Assembly (NCBI GenBank): GCA_030065025.1 | Contig: JASJDY010000055.1 | Location: forward strand, 1 to 58,694 | Origin: Planctomycetota bacterium | Lineage (GTDB): Bacteria > Planctomycetota > PLA2 > JAEUHO01 | DNA length: 58,694 nucleotides | Direction of reading: 5' to 3' | Shown: positions 1-10,220 of the stretch, piece after piece | Numbering within the stretch: position 1 is the stretch's first letter | How the letters are laid out: every line of letters begins with the position of its first letter | Notes under the pieces: model-generated | What the model was told of the DNA's origin: nothing | Seen by the model: the letters and a program-made list of their open reading frames with translations, nothing else | Database searches by the model: none | Translations under genes and position numbers: made by a program

Positions 1-786
1 CATTTCGGGAAGGCGCGCCGGGGGCTCATCGTCGCGCACGGCGACGGCCATGAGGCTGAGTCCCGTCGGGGGCGCCGCCGGTCCGGCCGCCGTGCGGTCC
101 CGGGCGGCCAGGATCTGCCCGACGCGCTGCGCTCCCCCGCCCTCGGCCGCCACCTGCAGGAGCGTGCCGACCAGCGTGCGGACCATCTTGTAGAGAAATC
201 CGTCGCCCACGACGTCCAGTCGCAGCTCCTCCTCCTCCTGCGACCAGTGCAGCGCGTGGAGTGTGCGCACCGTGGAGCCGGGATTCGAGCCGAGGTTGGC
301 GAAGGAACGGAAGTCGTGACGGCCCACGAGCGGTGCCGAGCCCGCCTGCAGCGCCTCGAGCGCGGGCACCCGCGACGTGCGCCAGACGCGCCTGCGACGG
401 AGTGGGCGCTTGCGGCGGGAGACGAGGATGCGGTAGCGGTACCACTTCCACACGGCGTCCTTCTGCGCGTGGAAGGCAGGATCCATCTCGCGCAGGTCGA
501 GCACGCCGACGTCCTCGGGCAGGACCGCGTCCAAGGCGCGTGCGAGCTCCTCGGCCGGCATGGCGTGCGTGGTCCGGAAGGACGACACATGATGCTCGGC
601 ATGCACGCCGGCATCCGTGCGGCCGCAGCCGACGACGGCGTGGCGCTCGCCGAGAATGCGCTCGAGGGCGGCCTCGACCGCGCCTTGGACCGTGCGCCCG
701 CGGGCTTGCCGCTGCCAGCCCTCGAAGTCGGTGCCGTCGAACTCGAGGTCGATTCGCAGCGTGCGCCGCCCGCCGTTCTCGACCAA
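1..786 (-). CDS. truA: tRNA pseudouridine(38-40) synthase, 3' end runs off the window
   Basis: Manual translation from TTG at 786 (absent from the ORF track because there is no stop in the window): EFDGTDFEGWQ, GCGRTDAGVHA, FHAQKDA, GRHDFRSF, GDGFLYKMVRTLVG, APPTGLSL. Confidence 0.95.
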   Translation of the reverse strand, partial: MVENGGRRTLRIDLEFDGTDFEGWQRQARGRTVQGAVEAALERILGERHAVVGCGRTDAGVHAEHHVSSFRTTHAMPAEELARALDAVLPEDVGVLDLREMDPAFHAQKDAVWKWYRYRILVSRRKRPLRRRRVWRTSRVPALEALQAGSAPLVGRHDFRSFANLGSNPGSTVRTLHALHWSQEEEELRLDVVGDGFLYKMVRTLVGTLLQVAAEGGGAQRVGQILAARDRTAAGPAAPPTGLSLMAVAVRDDEPPARLPEM

Positions 787-788
787 GC

Positions 789-2234
789 CTAGGCCCAGAC
801 GCGACGCTGGCGCGACGAGGGGATGTTGAGGGCCTTGCGGTACTTCGTGACCGTGCGGCGGGCTATGTCGAGGCCGAAGCGCTCCTTCAAGCGCTCGGCG
901 ACCTCGTCGTCGGACAGCGGGTTGTGCTTGTCCTCCTCGTCGATGAGCTCACGCACGCGCTCCTTGACGCTGAGGCGCGACTCGACGCCGCCGTCCTCGT
1001 TCTCCGTGCCGCCGGTGAAGAAGAACTTCAGCGGCACGATGCCGCGGGGCGTCTGCGCATGCTTGTCGCTGATCGCGCGGCTGACCGTGCTGACGTGGAT
1101 GCCGAGCACGTCGGCGATCTCCTGCATCTTCAGCGGCCGCAGGTGGTTCACCCCGAAGTCGAGGTAGTCACGCTGGCGGGCGACGATCTCCTTGACGACG
1201 CGCTCCAGCGTGCTCTGCCGCTGGGCGATGGCCTCGATGAGCCACTTCGCGGAGTCGATCTTGCGCTTGAGGTACTCGCGGACCTTCGGGTCACCGCGCG
1301 ACTGCTCGAGCATGCGGCGCACGTTGTGGCTGAGTCCCACGCGCGGCATGTGATCGTTCACGAGGCGCACGGCGTAGTTGCCGTCGTCCCACTCGATGAC
1401 CACGTCGGGGCGGATGTAGCGGATCGGCCCGGCGGAGTACATGGCGCCGGGGCGCGTGCTGAGGTTCGCGAGGCCGTGCATCACCTCGTAGAGGCGGCTG
1501 ATCTCGATGCCCATGGCGCGCGCGACGCGCGGCAGCTTGTTGCGCTTCAGGTCGTCGTAGTGGTCGCGGATGAGCGTGCGCTTGAGGTGTGCGTCCTCGC
1601 AGTCGTCGCTGATCTGCAGCAGCAGGCACTCCTGGAGGTCGCGCGCGCCGACGCCGCGCGGCTCGAGCGACTGCACGACGTCGAGAGCGGCCGCCATCGT
1701 CTCGGGCGGCAGCGGCACGTCCATGCCCGTGCTCACCTCGGCGAGCGAGCAGGGCAGCAGGCCCGTGTCGGCGAGGTTGTACACGATCGCTTCGGCGGCC
1801 ATGCGCACCTCGGGCTCGAGGTCGAGCTCCTCGAGCTGATGTGCGAGATGCTCGGCGAGGCCCGTGTCGTACGCGGGCGCGTTCTGCATGGCTTCGAGCT
1901 TGCGATCCGACGCTTCCTGTGCCGCGCCGCGACTCTGGTACTGGCTGCCGCGCTCGGCGCTCGCCAGGTCGTCAAGTCGTTCGAGCACACGCTCGGCGTC
2001 GTCCTCGAAGGAGCCGTCGTCCTCCTGTGACGCCGTGCGTTCGGTGCCGTTTTCGCCGTACGTCTCCGGCGCGGGTTCGACGACCTCGAGCGCCTCGTTC
2101 TCCTGCAGCTCGTTCTCGATGAGCTCACGCAGATCCATCGCGGGCAGCTGCAGGATCTCGATGGACTGGATGATCTGCGGCGCGAGCCGCAGCTGCTGTG
2201 AGAGCTTCAGGTTGAGGCCGAGTTCCAGTCGCAT
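789..2234 (-). CDS. rpoN: RNA polymerase sigma-54 factor
   Basis: Q/L-rich region I (LSQQLRLAPQIIQSIEILQL), HVSTVSRA helix, RpoN box ARRTVTKYR; start at 2234 preferred (alternative 2240). Confidence 0.97.
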   Translation of the reverse strand: MRLELGLNLKLSQQLRLAPQIIQSIEILQLPAMDLRELIENELQENEALEVVEPAPETYGENGTERTASQEDDGSFEDDAERVLERLDDLASAERGSQYQSRGAAQEASDRKLEAMQNAPAYDTGLAEHLAHQLEELDLEPEVRMAAEAIVYNLADTGLLPCSLAEVSTGMDVPLPPETMAAALDVVQSLEPRGVGARDLQECLLLQISDDCEDAHLKRTLIRDHYDDLKRNKLPRVARAMGIEISRLYEVMHGLANLSTRPGAMYSAGPIRYIRPDVVIEWDDGNYAVRLVNDHMPRVGLSHNVRRMLEQSRGDPKVREYLKRKIDSAKWLIEAIAQRQSTLERVVKEIVARQRDYLDFGVNHLRPLKMQEIADVLGIHVSTVSRAISDKHAQTPRGIVPLKFFFTGGTENEDGGVESRLSVKERVRELIDEEDKHNPLSDDEVAERLKERFGLDIARRTVTKYRKALNIPSSRQRRVWA

Positions 2235-2403
2235 CGGCATCCACTGTACAGCCCGGTGCGGCGACGTCGCAAACGCGTGTCAGGTGCGCACACGTGTGTT
2301 GCGAACACGGAAAAATCCCTTGACCTGAACCCGTGCGTCGGGGGCTGCGCGCTTTCGCACGTGCTGATTCGAACGTCGCGCGCAAACGCGTCTCGATGGG
2401 CGC

Positions 2404-3024
2404 TCAGGCGTCGAGCGCGCGCCGTCCCTCGAACGCATCGGCGAGGACGGATGCGTTCTGGTATTCGATCTGACCGCCCGTGGGAAGGCCGCGCGCGAGT
2501 CGCGTGATGCGGGGGCGTCCGTCGCGTTGGATGGAGCGCACGGCGTCCGCCACGGCCAGCGCGGTGCCGTCTCCCTCGAGGTCGGGATTCGTACCGATGC
2601 ACACCTCGTCCACCTCGGACTGCGCAGCGCGCGTTGCGAGACCGGCGAGATCGAGCGCGCCCGCGTCGACGCCCTCGAGCGGACTCAGTCGTGCGCCGAG
2701 GACGAAGTAGAGGCCGCGATAACTTCCCCCGCTCTCGACCGCCGTGAGGTCGCGCGGCGTCTCGACGACGAGGAGGAGACTGCGATCGCGCGCCTCGTCG
2801 GCGCACAGCGGACAGGGATCGTGCTCCGAAGGCGCGCGGCACGAGGAGCACGGTCGGATGCGCTCGCGCGCCGTGCGGATGGCGTCGGCGAGCGCCAGTG
2901 CGTCCGTCTCGGGCACGCGCAGCAGGTGGTGCGCAAGGCGCGCGGCGCTCCGGGGGCCGATGCCGGGTAGCCGCTCGAGCTCGGTGACCAGCGCTTCGAG
3001 GCTCTCGGGTGTCCGGGCGGGCAC
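2404..3024 (-). CDS. recR: Recombination mediator RecR
   Basis: LPGIGPRSAARLA HhH, CSSC..CPLC zinc finger, Toprim VVE..D, NPDLEGDGTA, ITRLARGLPTGG; GTG start immediately after the dnaX stop. Confidence 0.96.
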   Translation of the reverse strand: MPARTPESLEALVTELERLPGIGPRSAARLAHHLLRVPETDALALADAIRTARERIRPCSSCRAPSEHDPCPLCADEARDRSLLLVVETPRDLTAVESGGSYRGLYFVLGARLSPLEGVDAGALDLAGLATRAAQSEVDEVCIGTNPDLEGDGTALAVADAVRSIQRDGRPRITRLARGLPTGGQIEYQNASVLADAFEGRRALDA

Positions 3025-3025
3025 G

Positions 3026-4753
3026 CTACGTCGCTCCCGGCCGCTCGCGCGGCGCATCGTCGGCGCGACGCTCGATGTTGAGCAGACGACCGCCGGTGAT
3101 CTCGGTCACGTGCTGTACGGCGGGATGGCCGCGCATGTCTTCGCCGACGGGCTCCGTGACGGGCGTGATGCGCTGCACGTCGCGCACCTCGAGCTTGACG
3201 AACGACCCGAGGATCTCGCGCACGACCTGGCCGAACGCGAGCTGCATCTCGCGCCGGAGCAGGGTGCCGCGCGCGCTGGCGCGGCTCTGCGGCAGCGCGA
3301 CGATCGCCGCGTTCCCGCGTAGCTCGCGCGGCTCGGCGCTCTCGAGCGCACGGCCGAGGGGCGGACTGCGCCGCATGGCGCCGCGCACGATCTCCGGCCA
3401 GGCGTCACGCAGCCGGTTCACATCGAGGGACTCCGGCTGGGGCGGCCGTTCCCTGCTTTGGGTCTGCGTCTGGGTCTGCGCCGGTGCCACAGTCGATGCG
3501 GGGGCCGGCGTACGCGCCGGCGCCGATGCCACGCCCGGGTTGGGTGCCGCGGCCGGGGCGCGCGGAGCGTTGGAGACCGCTGGTGGCCGCGGCTCGGGGG
3601 CAGCCGGCGCCTCCCCGCCCTCGCCGCGCAACGCTGCGATCAGCGCATCGAGATCGCGGGCGTCGGGCAGGCGCGCCAGCTCGACGGCGGCGACCTGCAG
3701 GACCAGCCCCCCATCGGCGCCGGCGCGCAGATGGGCGCGCTTGCCGAGCAGGACGTCCACCGCGCGGGCGACGCGGGCGTAGCCGGGGCCGACCGGCTCG
3801 CCGCCGGAAGGCGCGCGCACGGACTGCACGAGCATCTCCCGCAGCCGCTCGAGCCACTGGTCCACGAGGACGCCGGGCTTGGAGCCGGCGCCCAGGCACG
3901 CGTCGACCGCGTCGAGCGCGGCGCCGGCGTCGCGCGCGTCGACGGCTGCGCACAGGGCGTCGAGCAGGTCGGCCGGCGCGCGACCGGAGAGGGCGTCGAG
4001 GTCGGCGACGCTGATCGGGTCGCCGTTGGGGCGCGCGGCGATCAGCTGCTCGAGCTGCGATTCCGCGTCCCGCAAGCCGCCCAGGGCGCCGTGGGCGATC
4101 GCCTTGGCCAGGCCCGGCCCGAGCGGCACGCCCTCGCGGGAGGCGAGCTCCTCGAGGCGCGCGGCCATGGCGGCGTCGTCGATGGGTCGAAACTCCACGC
4201 GCTGGCAGCGGCTGCGGAACGTGTCCGGCAGCTTGTGCTCTTCCGTCGTGCAGAAGAGGAACTTCACCTGCGGCGGCGGCTCCTCGAGCGTCTTGAGGAA
4301 CGCGTTGAACGCCGGCAGCGAGAGCATGTGGACCTCGTCCACGATCCAGATGCGGTAGCGCGAGCGCACGGTCGCGTACCCCACCTGCTCACGCAGCGCG
4401 CGCACGTCGTCGACGGCGTTGTTGCTGGCCGCGTCCATCTCGACGACGTCGAGGTCGGAGCCGGCGGCGATGTCGACGCACGACGAACACGTGCCGCAGG
4501 GCTCGAAGGCCTCGGTCGGCTCCGTGTCCTCGACGATCTCGTCGTGCGGCACGCGCTGCTCGCAGTTGAGCGCGCGCGCGAAGATGCGTGCCGTGGTCGT
4601 CTTGCCCACGCCTCGCGGACCGACCAGGAGGTAGGCGTGCCCGACGCGGCCGGAGGCCAGCGCGTTCTGGAGGATGCGCGCGACGTGCTCCTGACCGACG
4701 AGGTCGGTGAAGCGCTGAGGGCGGTACTTGCGGGAGAGGACCTGATGGGGCAT
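3026..4753 (-). CDS. dnaX: DNA polymerase III subunit gamma/tau
   Basis: LSRKYRPQRF, Walker A GPRGVGKTT, EMDAASN, IVDEVHMLS, NAFLKTLEEPP, SRCQ; Pro/Ala-rich linker. Confidence 0.97.
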   Translation of the reverse strand: MPHQVLSRKYRPQRFTDLVGQEHVARILQNALASGRVGHAYLLVGPRGVGKTTTARIFARALNCEQRVPHDEIVEDTEPTEAFEPCGTCSSCVDIAAGSDLDVVEMDAASNNAVDDVRALREQVGYATVRSRYRIWIVDEVHMLSLPAFNAFLKTLEEPPPQVKFLFCTTEEHKLPDTFRSRCQRVEFRPIDDAAMAARLEELASREGVPLGPGLAKAIAHGALGGLRDAESQLEQLIAARPNGDPISVADLDALSGRAPADLLDALCAAVDARDAGAALDAVDACLGAGSKPGVLVDQWLERLREMLVQSVRAPSGGEPVGPGYARVARAVDVLLGKRAHLRAGADGGLVLQVAAVELARLPDARDLDALIAALRGEGGEAPAAPEPRPPAVSNAPRAPAAAPNPGVASAPARTPAPASTVAPAQTQTQTQSRERPPQPESLDVNRLRDAWPEIVRGAMRRSPPLGRALESAEPRELRGNAAIVALPQSRASARGTLLRREMQLAFGQVVREILGSFVKLEVRDVQRITPVTEPVGEDMRGHPAVQHVTEITGGRLLNIERRADDAPRERPGAT

Positions 4754-4807
4754 TGGGGTCGTGAGTGTAGCGGGACGGTCCTACGGCGCCTGGTCACCGC
4801 CACGGCC

Positions 4808-4844
4808 ACGGGCGGGCACCGGCACCGGCAGAGGCACCGGCACG
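4808..4844. repeat. Family A hexamer repeat (GGCACC/GGCAGA), half element
   Basis: gggcaccggcaccggcagaggcaccggcacg, matching one arm of the copies at 5467, 6591, 12710 and 37055. Confidence 0.8.
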
Positions 4845-4846
4845 AA

Positions 4847-5425
4847 TCAGTCCGCCGCCGGTTCGTCCTCCGACGCCGCCTCGGACTCCTCGGCTTCGTT
4901 CGGCGCAGGAGATTCGACGACCTCCATATCGAACAACCGCATCAGGTCCTGCTGCAGCGTCTCGGCCTCCGCCTCCGACACCTGCGGCGCCGGCACGGTG
5001 AAGGTGTCCTTCTCCTTGGGCCAGCGCGCGGTGAGGGTGTCGGCATCCTGGTCCGTGACGATCAGTCTGCGCTTGCGCGCCAGGAGCAGGGCCAGCGTCA
5101 GACAGACGGCGGCACGATCCTCGCGCCCCTCCGCGAGCAGGCGCTGGAGGAACTCGCGTGCCATGCCCAGGTCGAAGCGCTTCGGACCATCGTCCTTGGC
5201 CGGCGCCGTGCGCGTGCGCCACGTGCACCAGGCGCCGGCGAGTAGCTCGTCGGTCGCCTCGCTGGCGAGGAAGTCCTTGCGCACGAAGCCGCTGCCCTTG
5301 ACGCGGTCCTCGGTCTCCTCTTCCTCCTCGCCAAAGAGCGCGGTCACGACCTCGCTGTCGGGCGGGAACGGTTCCCCGGTGAGGGCGCTCTTACGCGCGA
5401 GTCGCTGCAGCTTCCAGACGGCCAT
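4847..5425 (-). CDS. Hypothetical protein (192 aa, acidic C-terminus)
   Basis: Protein-like composition and GC3-biased codons; co-directional upstream of dnaX; LALLLARKRRL helix. Confidence 0.8.
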   Translation of the reverse strand: MAVWKLQRLARKSALTGEPFPPDSEVVTALFGEEEEETEDRVKGSGFVRKDFLASEATDELLAGAWCTWRTRTAPAKDDGPKRFDLGMAREFLQRLLAEGREDRAAVCLTLALLLARKRRLIVTDQDADTLTARWPKEKDTFTVPAPQVSEAEAETLQQDLMRLFDMEVVESPAPNEAEESEAASEDEPAAD

Positions 5426-5466
5426 GGGGTTGTCTCTATACCCGATCCGGGTGACGGCACGGCAGG

Positions 5467-5541
5467 CGTGCCGGTGCCGGTGCCTCTGCCGGTGCCCGCC
5501 CGTTTCGGCCGGGCAGAGGCACCGGCACCGGCAAAGGCACG
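5467..5541. repeat. Family A hexamer-periodic palindrome
   Basis: gtgccggtgccggtgcctctgcc...gggcagaggcaccggcaccggca inverted arms. Confidence 0.85.
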
Positions 5542-5543
5542 AG

Positions 5544-6401
5544 TCAGAACGGCAGTTTCGTCCTACCCCTCAGCGCCTCCTCGGCCTTCCGCTGCACGAA
5601 GGGATCGGGATCCCGCGCCGCCCGCTCGAGGATCGGCCGTACCCGCTCGTTCTTCCGCAGCGCCGCGCCGAGCCCCTGCACGGCGGCGGCGCGGTCCTGC
5701 CAGTCGGTCGCGGTGGCGAGGTGACGCTCGAGCGCGGCGACGGCCGCGTCGTTGCCGATCCTCCCGAGCGCGAACGCCGCGTAGCGCCGCCCGGAGGGTC
5801 GGGCGCGCTCCAGCAGCTCCGGCGATGCGAGCGTCGGCACGGCGGGCTCGCCGATGGCGATCAGGACGCGGGCGGCATCGCGACGGGTGAAGTCGTCGAT
5901 CTGGAAGTGGTGGAAGGTCTTCTTGATGCGCGCGCTGGGATCGTTCGGGTCCGGCACCTCCGCCACGACCGCCTTCCCCAGCGGCACGAGGTCCTCCACG
6001 AGCGGCTTGGCGAAGTAGGCGGCGGCGGGCTCGCCGATGACGGCGGCGCTGCTCGCGACGCGGTTGATCTCGCTCTTGCGGCTGTGGATCGAGGCCGTGA
6101 AGAAGTGGCGGAAGAGGTTCTCGCTCAGGACGTACGGCCCGGCACCGCCACGGGAGACAATGCTGCGGAGGCTCACGCGCCACACCGGGCTGCGGGCGAG
6201 GAACTGCCGCCACGCCCGCTCGATCTCCATCTTGTCGGCCGCGCTGAGCGAGCCCATCTCGACCTGACGCTGATCGCCGAGACGGATGCGGCTCGGATCG
6301 GGCGGCGCGGCGGCGTCGTCGCGCTGGCGGGAACCGGAGGTCGCCTCGTCGCCGGCGCAGGCCGCAAGGAGGAGGCACAGAACGAGGGCGAGATGTCGCA
6401 T
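5544..6401 (-). CDS. Lipoprotein with C-terminal HEAT/PBS-lyase-like repeats
   Basis: Signal MRHLALVLCLLLAAC with lipobox; repeats RRDAARVLIAIG, RRYAAFALGRIG, RAAAVQGLG, DPDPFVQRKAEEAL. The ORF-track extension upstream of 6401 is repeat DNA. Confidence 0.8.
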   Translation of the reverse strand: MRHLALVLCLLLAACAGDEATSGSRQRDDAAAPPDPSRIRLGDQRQVEMGSLSAADKMEIERAWRQFLARSPVWRVSLRSIVSRGGAGPYVLSENLFRHFFTASIHSRKSEINRVASSAAVIGEPAAAYFAKPLVEDLVPLGKAVVAEVPDPNDPSARIKKTFHHFQIDDFTRRDAARVLIAIGEPAVPTLASPELLERARPSGRRYAAFALGRIGNDAAVAALERHLATATDWQDRAAAVQGLGAALRKNERVRPILERAARDPDPFVQRKAEEALRGRTKLPF

Positions 6402-6482
6402 GGGGCGGGGAGGGTACGGGGGATTCGTCACGGGACGGTGACTTCTCCGCCTGCGTCTGCGTGGTCCTCCCATCGGGTCCCG

Positions 6483-6570
6483 TCGCGCTCGCGCTCGCGT
6501 GCGCGCTCGACCCTCGGGCAGTCGCCGGATCGCCGTCGTGGGTCGAGCGCGAGCGGGATCGCGAGCGCGA
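6483..6570. repeat. Family B palindrome (CGCGCT)n-CGACCC...GGGTCG-(AGCGCG)n
   Basis: Inverted arms; homologous to 21860-21949 and 24203-24291. Confidence 0.85.
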
Positions 6571-6590
6571 GGCCTGCGCGAGAAGCATCT

Positions 6591-6665
6591 GTGCCGGTGC
6601 CGGTGCCTCTGCCGGTGCCCGCCCGTTCCCGTCGGGCAGAGGCACCGGCACCGGCACCGGCACGG
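6591..6665. repeat. Family A hexamer-periodic palindrome
   Basis: Near-identical to 5467-5541. Confidence 0.85.
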
Positions 6666-6705
6666 CAACGCGGAGCTGTCGCTCCGCGTTCCTACCATCC
6701 GCCGC

Positions 6706-9700
6706 ATGCCGCGTCAGTTCGTCCACACCCACGTCCACAGCGATTACAGCCTGATCGACGGCGCCGCCAAGGTGAAGGACCTCGTCGCCGCCGCAGCCCG
6801 CTGCGAACAGCCCGCGCTGGCCCTGACGGACCACGGCAACATGTGCGGCGCCATCGAGTTCTACAAGACCGCTCGGGAGGCGGGCGTCAAGCCGATCATC
6901 GGCACCGAGGCGTACGTCGCCCCACGGTCCCGCTTCGACCGCCAGAAGAACCCGGTCGTCGCCCACCACCTCGTGCTGCTGGCGCAGAACGAGGTGGGCT
7001 ATCGCAACCTCTTGAAGCTCTCGACACGCTCGTTCACCGAGGGCTTCTACTACGTCCCGCGCATGGACAAGGAGCTCCTCGCCGCGCACAACGAGGGACT
7101 CATCTGTCAGTCCGCGTGCCTCTCCGGCGAGGTGCCCTACTACGCCAAGCACGACGACCAACGCCGGGCAACGGCTGCCGCCATGTCGTTGCGCGACATC
7201 TTCGGCGACCGCTTCTATCTGGAGATCCAGCGCAACGGCACCGAGGGCCAGGAGCCCGTCAATCAGCACATCCTGAGGATCGCGAACGAGACCGGCATCC
7301 CGGTCGTGGCGGCGCAGGACATCCACTACGTGGACCCCGCCGATCAGGACGCACACGAGGTGAAGACCTGCATCGGCATGGGCCGTGTGCTGCGCGACAA
7401 CAAGCTCAAGCACGCCGGCGCATTGTGCTTCCGCGACACGGACCACATGTACGAGACGTTCTCGGACGTCGAGTACGCCTGTCACAACACGGTGGAGATC
7501 GCGGACCGCTGCGACCTCGAGCTCGAGCTCGGCACGCACCACCTCCCCCATTTCGATCCGCCGGGGGGTGAGGACCCCACCTCCTACTTCCGCCGTCTGT
7601 GCATCGAAGGCGCGAAGGAGCGGTACGGCTCGCCGCTGTCCGACGCGGTCGTCGAGCGTCTCGAGTACGAGCAGCAGGTGATCGAGGAGATGGGCTTCGT
7701 CTCCTACTTCCTCGTCACGTGGGACTTCGTCCGCTTCGCCCGCGAGCAGGACATCCCGGTCGGGCCCGGTCGCGGCAGCGCCGCGGGCTCGATCGTCGCC
7801 TACTGCCTGGGCATCACGAACGTGGACCCGCTCGAGTGGAACCTCATCTTCGAGCGCTTCCTGAATCCCGCCCGCATCTCGATGCCCGACATCGACATCG
7901 ACTTCTGCAAGGACGGCCGCGAGCGCGTCATCCACTATGTGCGCGACAAGTACGGCGGCGCCGACTGCGTCTCGCAGATCATCACCTTTGGTCGCCTTGC
8001 CGCCCGCGCCGTCGTGCGCGACGTCGGCCGCGTGCTCGAGGTGCCGCTCGGCGACGTGGACCGCCTCGCCAAGCAGGTCCCGAACGGGCCCAAGGCGTCG
8101 CTGCGTGGAGCCCTGGAGGCCGACCCCGACCTGAAGCGCACGGTCGACCAGAACCCCGAGTACCGCCGGCTCGTGGACACCGCGCTCAAGCTCGAGGGCA
8201 TGAACCGCAATGCGGGGAAGCACGCCGCGGGCGTCGTGGTCGCCAACGGCAAGCTCGAGAAGTACGTGCCGCTGTACAAGGTCGGCGACGACATCACGAC
8301 CCAGTACTCGATGGACATCCTCGAGGAGATCGGCCTCCTCAAGATCGACTTCCTGGGTCTGCGCACGCTGACGATCATCGACAAGGCGCTGGCGAACATC
8401 CGCCGCAGCGGCGTCGAGCCGCCCGACATGGACACGCTGCCGCTCGACGACGCGCCGACGTACGCGATGCTGGCCGAAGGCGACGCTCTCGGCATCTTCC
8501 AAGTCGAGAGCTCGGGCATGCGCGACCTGCTGAAGAAGCTCCAGCCCAAGACGTTCGACGAGCTGGGCACGATCGTGGCGCTCTACCGTCCCGGCCCCAT
8601 GGGCTCGGGCATGGTGGACATGTACATCGAGCGCACGAAGGGGCGCGAGGAGGTCACCTACCCCCACCCGTCGCTCGAGCCGATCCTCGAGGAGACCAAG
8701 GGCGTCGTCGTCTACCAGGAGCAGGTGATGCGCATCACCAACGTCCTGGCGGGCTTCGAGATGTCCGACGCGGACAACCTGCGCAAGGCGATGGGCAAGA
8801 AGAAGCCCGAGCTCCTGGCGAAGTTTCGCGATCTCTTCGTCGAAGGCTGCGGCAAGAAGGGCATGGCCGAGGCGGACGCGATCGAGATCTGGAACCAGCT
8901 CGAGCACTTCGCCGGCTACGGCTTCAACAAGAGCCACACGGTCGCCTACGGGCTGATCACCTACCAGACCGCCTACCTCAAGCGTCACTTCCCCCGCGAG
9001 TTCATGGCCGCCCTGCTCACATGCGAGATGGCGGACATGGACAAGATCACGGAGTACATCGAGGAGGCGCGGCGGATGGGCATCGACGTCCTGCCGCCGG
9101 ACGTCTCGCGCTCCGACTGGGAGTTCATCGTCGAGGGCGAGAACGTCCGCTACGGACTCGCAGCGATCAAGGGCGTGGGCAAGGCCGCCGCCGAGTCGAT
9201 CGTCGCCGGGCGCGCGGACGGCGGCGACTACCCGAGCGTGTTCGACCTCTGCGAGCGCGTCGAGCTGGCGAAGGTGAACCGGGCCACGCTGGAGTCGCTC
9301 GTCCGCGCCGGCGCATTCGACGCCACGGGCGCGCTGCGCGCGCAGGTGGCAGCCGTGCTCGACCGCGCCCTGGCCCTCGGGCAGTCCGCCGCCGCCGATC
9401 GGCACTCGGGCCAGCTCGGTCTGTTCGGAGAAGCGGCCGCCGACGAAGCGGCGCCCGACTACCCCGACGAGCCGGAGTGGCCGGAGCGCGACCTCCTCGC
9501 GTGGGAGCGCGAGGCGATCGGCTACTACGCCACGAACCATCCCCTGTCGAAGCACGAGCGCCGCCTGCGCGTGCTCGCCAACGCTCGTACGTCGGAGTGC
9601 GACGAGATCCCGGACCGCACGGAGGTGCGCCTGGGCGGGATGATCCGCGGTCTCCGGACCTCGATCGTGCGCAAGGGTCGCAACGAAGGACGGCGCATGG

Positions 9701-10134
9701 GCTTCTTCGAGCTCGAGGACTTCTCGGGCACGGTGGAATGCGTCGTGTTCGCGCGCACGTACGCGGAGCTCGAGCACCTGCTCGAGCCCGACGCCATCGT
9801 GCTGATCGACGGCAAGGTCTCACGCGATCGGGACACGCCCTCGATCCACGTGAACCGCGTGGTGCCGATCGACGAGGCCTCGCGCGTGATGGCGCAAGGC
9901 GTGCTCGTGCGCCTCAAGGACGTCGAGGGCGACGTGCTGACCCGGCTCAAGACCGCGGTGGCCGAGGCGACGGGCTCGTTGCCCCTGGTGCTGGAGTTCC
10001 GCCCGGAGCCGGAGACGGTCGCGCGCGTGAAGGCCGGACCGTCGTGGGGCGTGGAGGCGAGCGAGCAGCTGCTGGCGAACCTCGATGCGCTGCCGGAGGT
10101 GGAGGGCGCTGAGTTCCTGGCGAGGAGCCCGTAG
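6706..10134 (+). CDS. dnaE: DNA polymerase III alpha subunit
   Basis: PHP HTHVHSDYSLIDG, GPGRGSAAGS, FERFLNPARISMPDIDIDF, GKHAAGVV, FAGYGFNKSH, C-terminal OB fold; no intein seen. Confidence 0.98.
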   Translation: MPRQFVHTHVHSDYSLIDGAAKVKDLVAAAARCEQPALALTDHGNMCGAIEFYKTAREAGVKPIIGTEAYVAPRSRFDRQKNPVVAHHLVLLAQNEVGYRNLLKLSTRSFTEGFYYVPRMDKELLAAHNEGLICQSACLSGEVPYYAKHDDQRRATAAAMSLRDIFGDRFYLEIQRNGTEGQEPVNQHILRIANETGIPVVAAQDIHYVDPADQDAHEVKTCIGMGRVLRDNKLKHAGALCFRDTDHMYETFSDVEYACHNTVEIADRCDLELELGTHHLPHFDPPGGEDPTSYFRRLCIEGAKERYGSPLSDAVVERLEYEQQVIEEMGFVSYFLVTWDFVRFAREQDIPVGPGRGSAAGSIVAYCLGITNVDPLEWNLIFERFLNPARISMPDIDIDFCKDGRERVIHYVRDKYGGADCVSQIITFGRLAARAVVRDVGRVLEVPLGDVDRLAKQVPNGPKASLRGALEADPDLKRTVDQNPEYRRLVDTALKLEGMNRNAGKHAAGVVVANGKLEKYVPLYKVGDDITTQYSMDILEEIGLLKIDFLGLRTLTIIDKALANIRRSGVEPPDMDTLPLDDAPTYAMLAEGDALGIFQVESSGMRDLLKKLQPKTFDELGTIVALYRPGPMGSGMVDMYIERTKGREEVTYPHPSLEPILEETKGVVVYQEQVMRITNVLAGFEMSDADNLRKAMGKKKPELLAKFRDLFVEGCGKKGMAEADAIEIWNQLEHFAGYGFNKSHTVAYGLITYQTAYLKRHFPREFMAALLTCEMADMDKITEYIEEARRMGIDVLPPDVSRSDWEFIVEGENVRYGLAAIKGVGKAAAESIVAGRADGGDYPSVFDLCERVELAKVNRATLESLVRAGAFDATGALRAQVAAVLDRALALGQSAAADRHSGQLGLFGEAAADEAAPDYPDEPEWPERDLLAWEREAIGYYATNHPLSKHERRLRVLANARTSECDEIPDRTEVRLGGMIRGLRTSIVRKGRNEGRRMGFFELEDFSGTVECVVFARTYAELEHLLEPDAIVLIDGKVSRDRDTPSIHVNRVVPIDEASRVMAQGVLVRLKDVEGDVLTRLKTAVAEATGSLPLVLEFRPEPETVARVKAGPSWGVEASEQLLANLDALPEVEGAEFLARSP

Positions 10135-10156
10135 GCGGTTCCAGCGGCCGTGTCGT

Positions 10157-10220
10157 GTGCCATCTCGAAGGAGACGACGCAGGAACCGCCGAGGACACAG
10201 AGGCCGCAGAGGACACAGAG
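10157..10220 (+). repeat. Family C element (9-nt periodic CGCAGAGGA/CACAGAG)
   Basis: 60 of 64 nt identical to 25307-25370 by manual alignment. Confidence 0.9.

Noticed and set aside
1-451. Apparent frameshift or separate ORF at the truA 3' end
   Set aside because: Manual translation shows one continuous frame from 786 to the window edge
2268-2390. CGCAAACGCG direct repeat and CACGTG palindromes upstream of rpoN
   Set aside because: Too short to separate from chance without comparative data
4754-4846. SRP RNA or tRNA, often found upstream of dnaX
   Set aside because: No such motif seen; the gap holds a family A repeat and a -10 box
5467-6665. Family A GGCAC arrays as sigma54 promoters or decoys
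   Set aside because: No GC or TTGC at the required GG-N10 spacing
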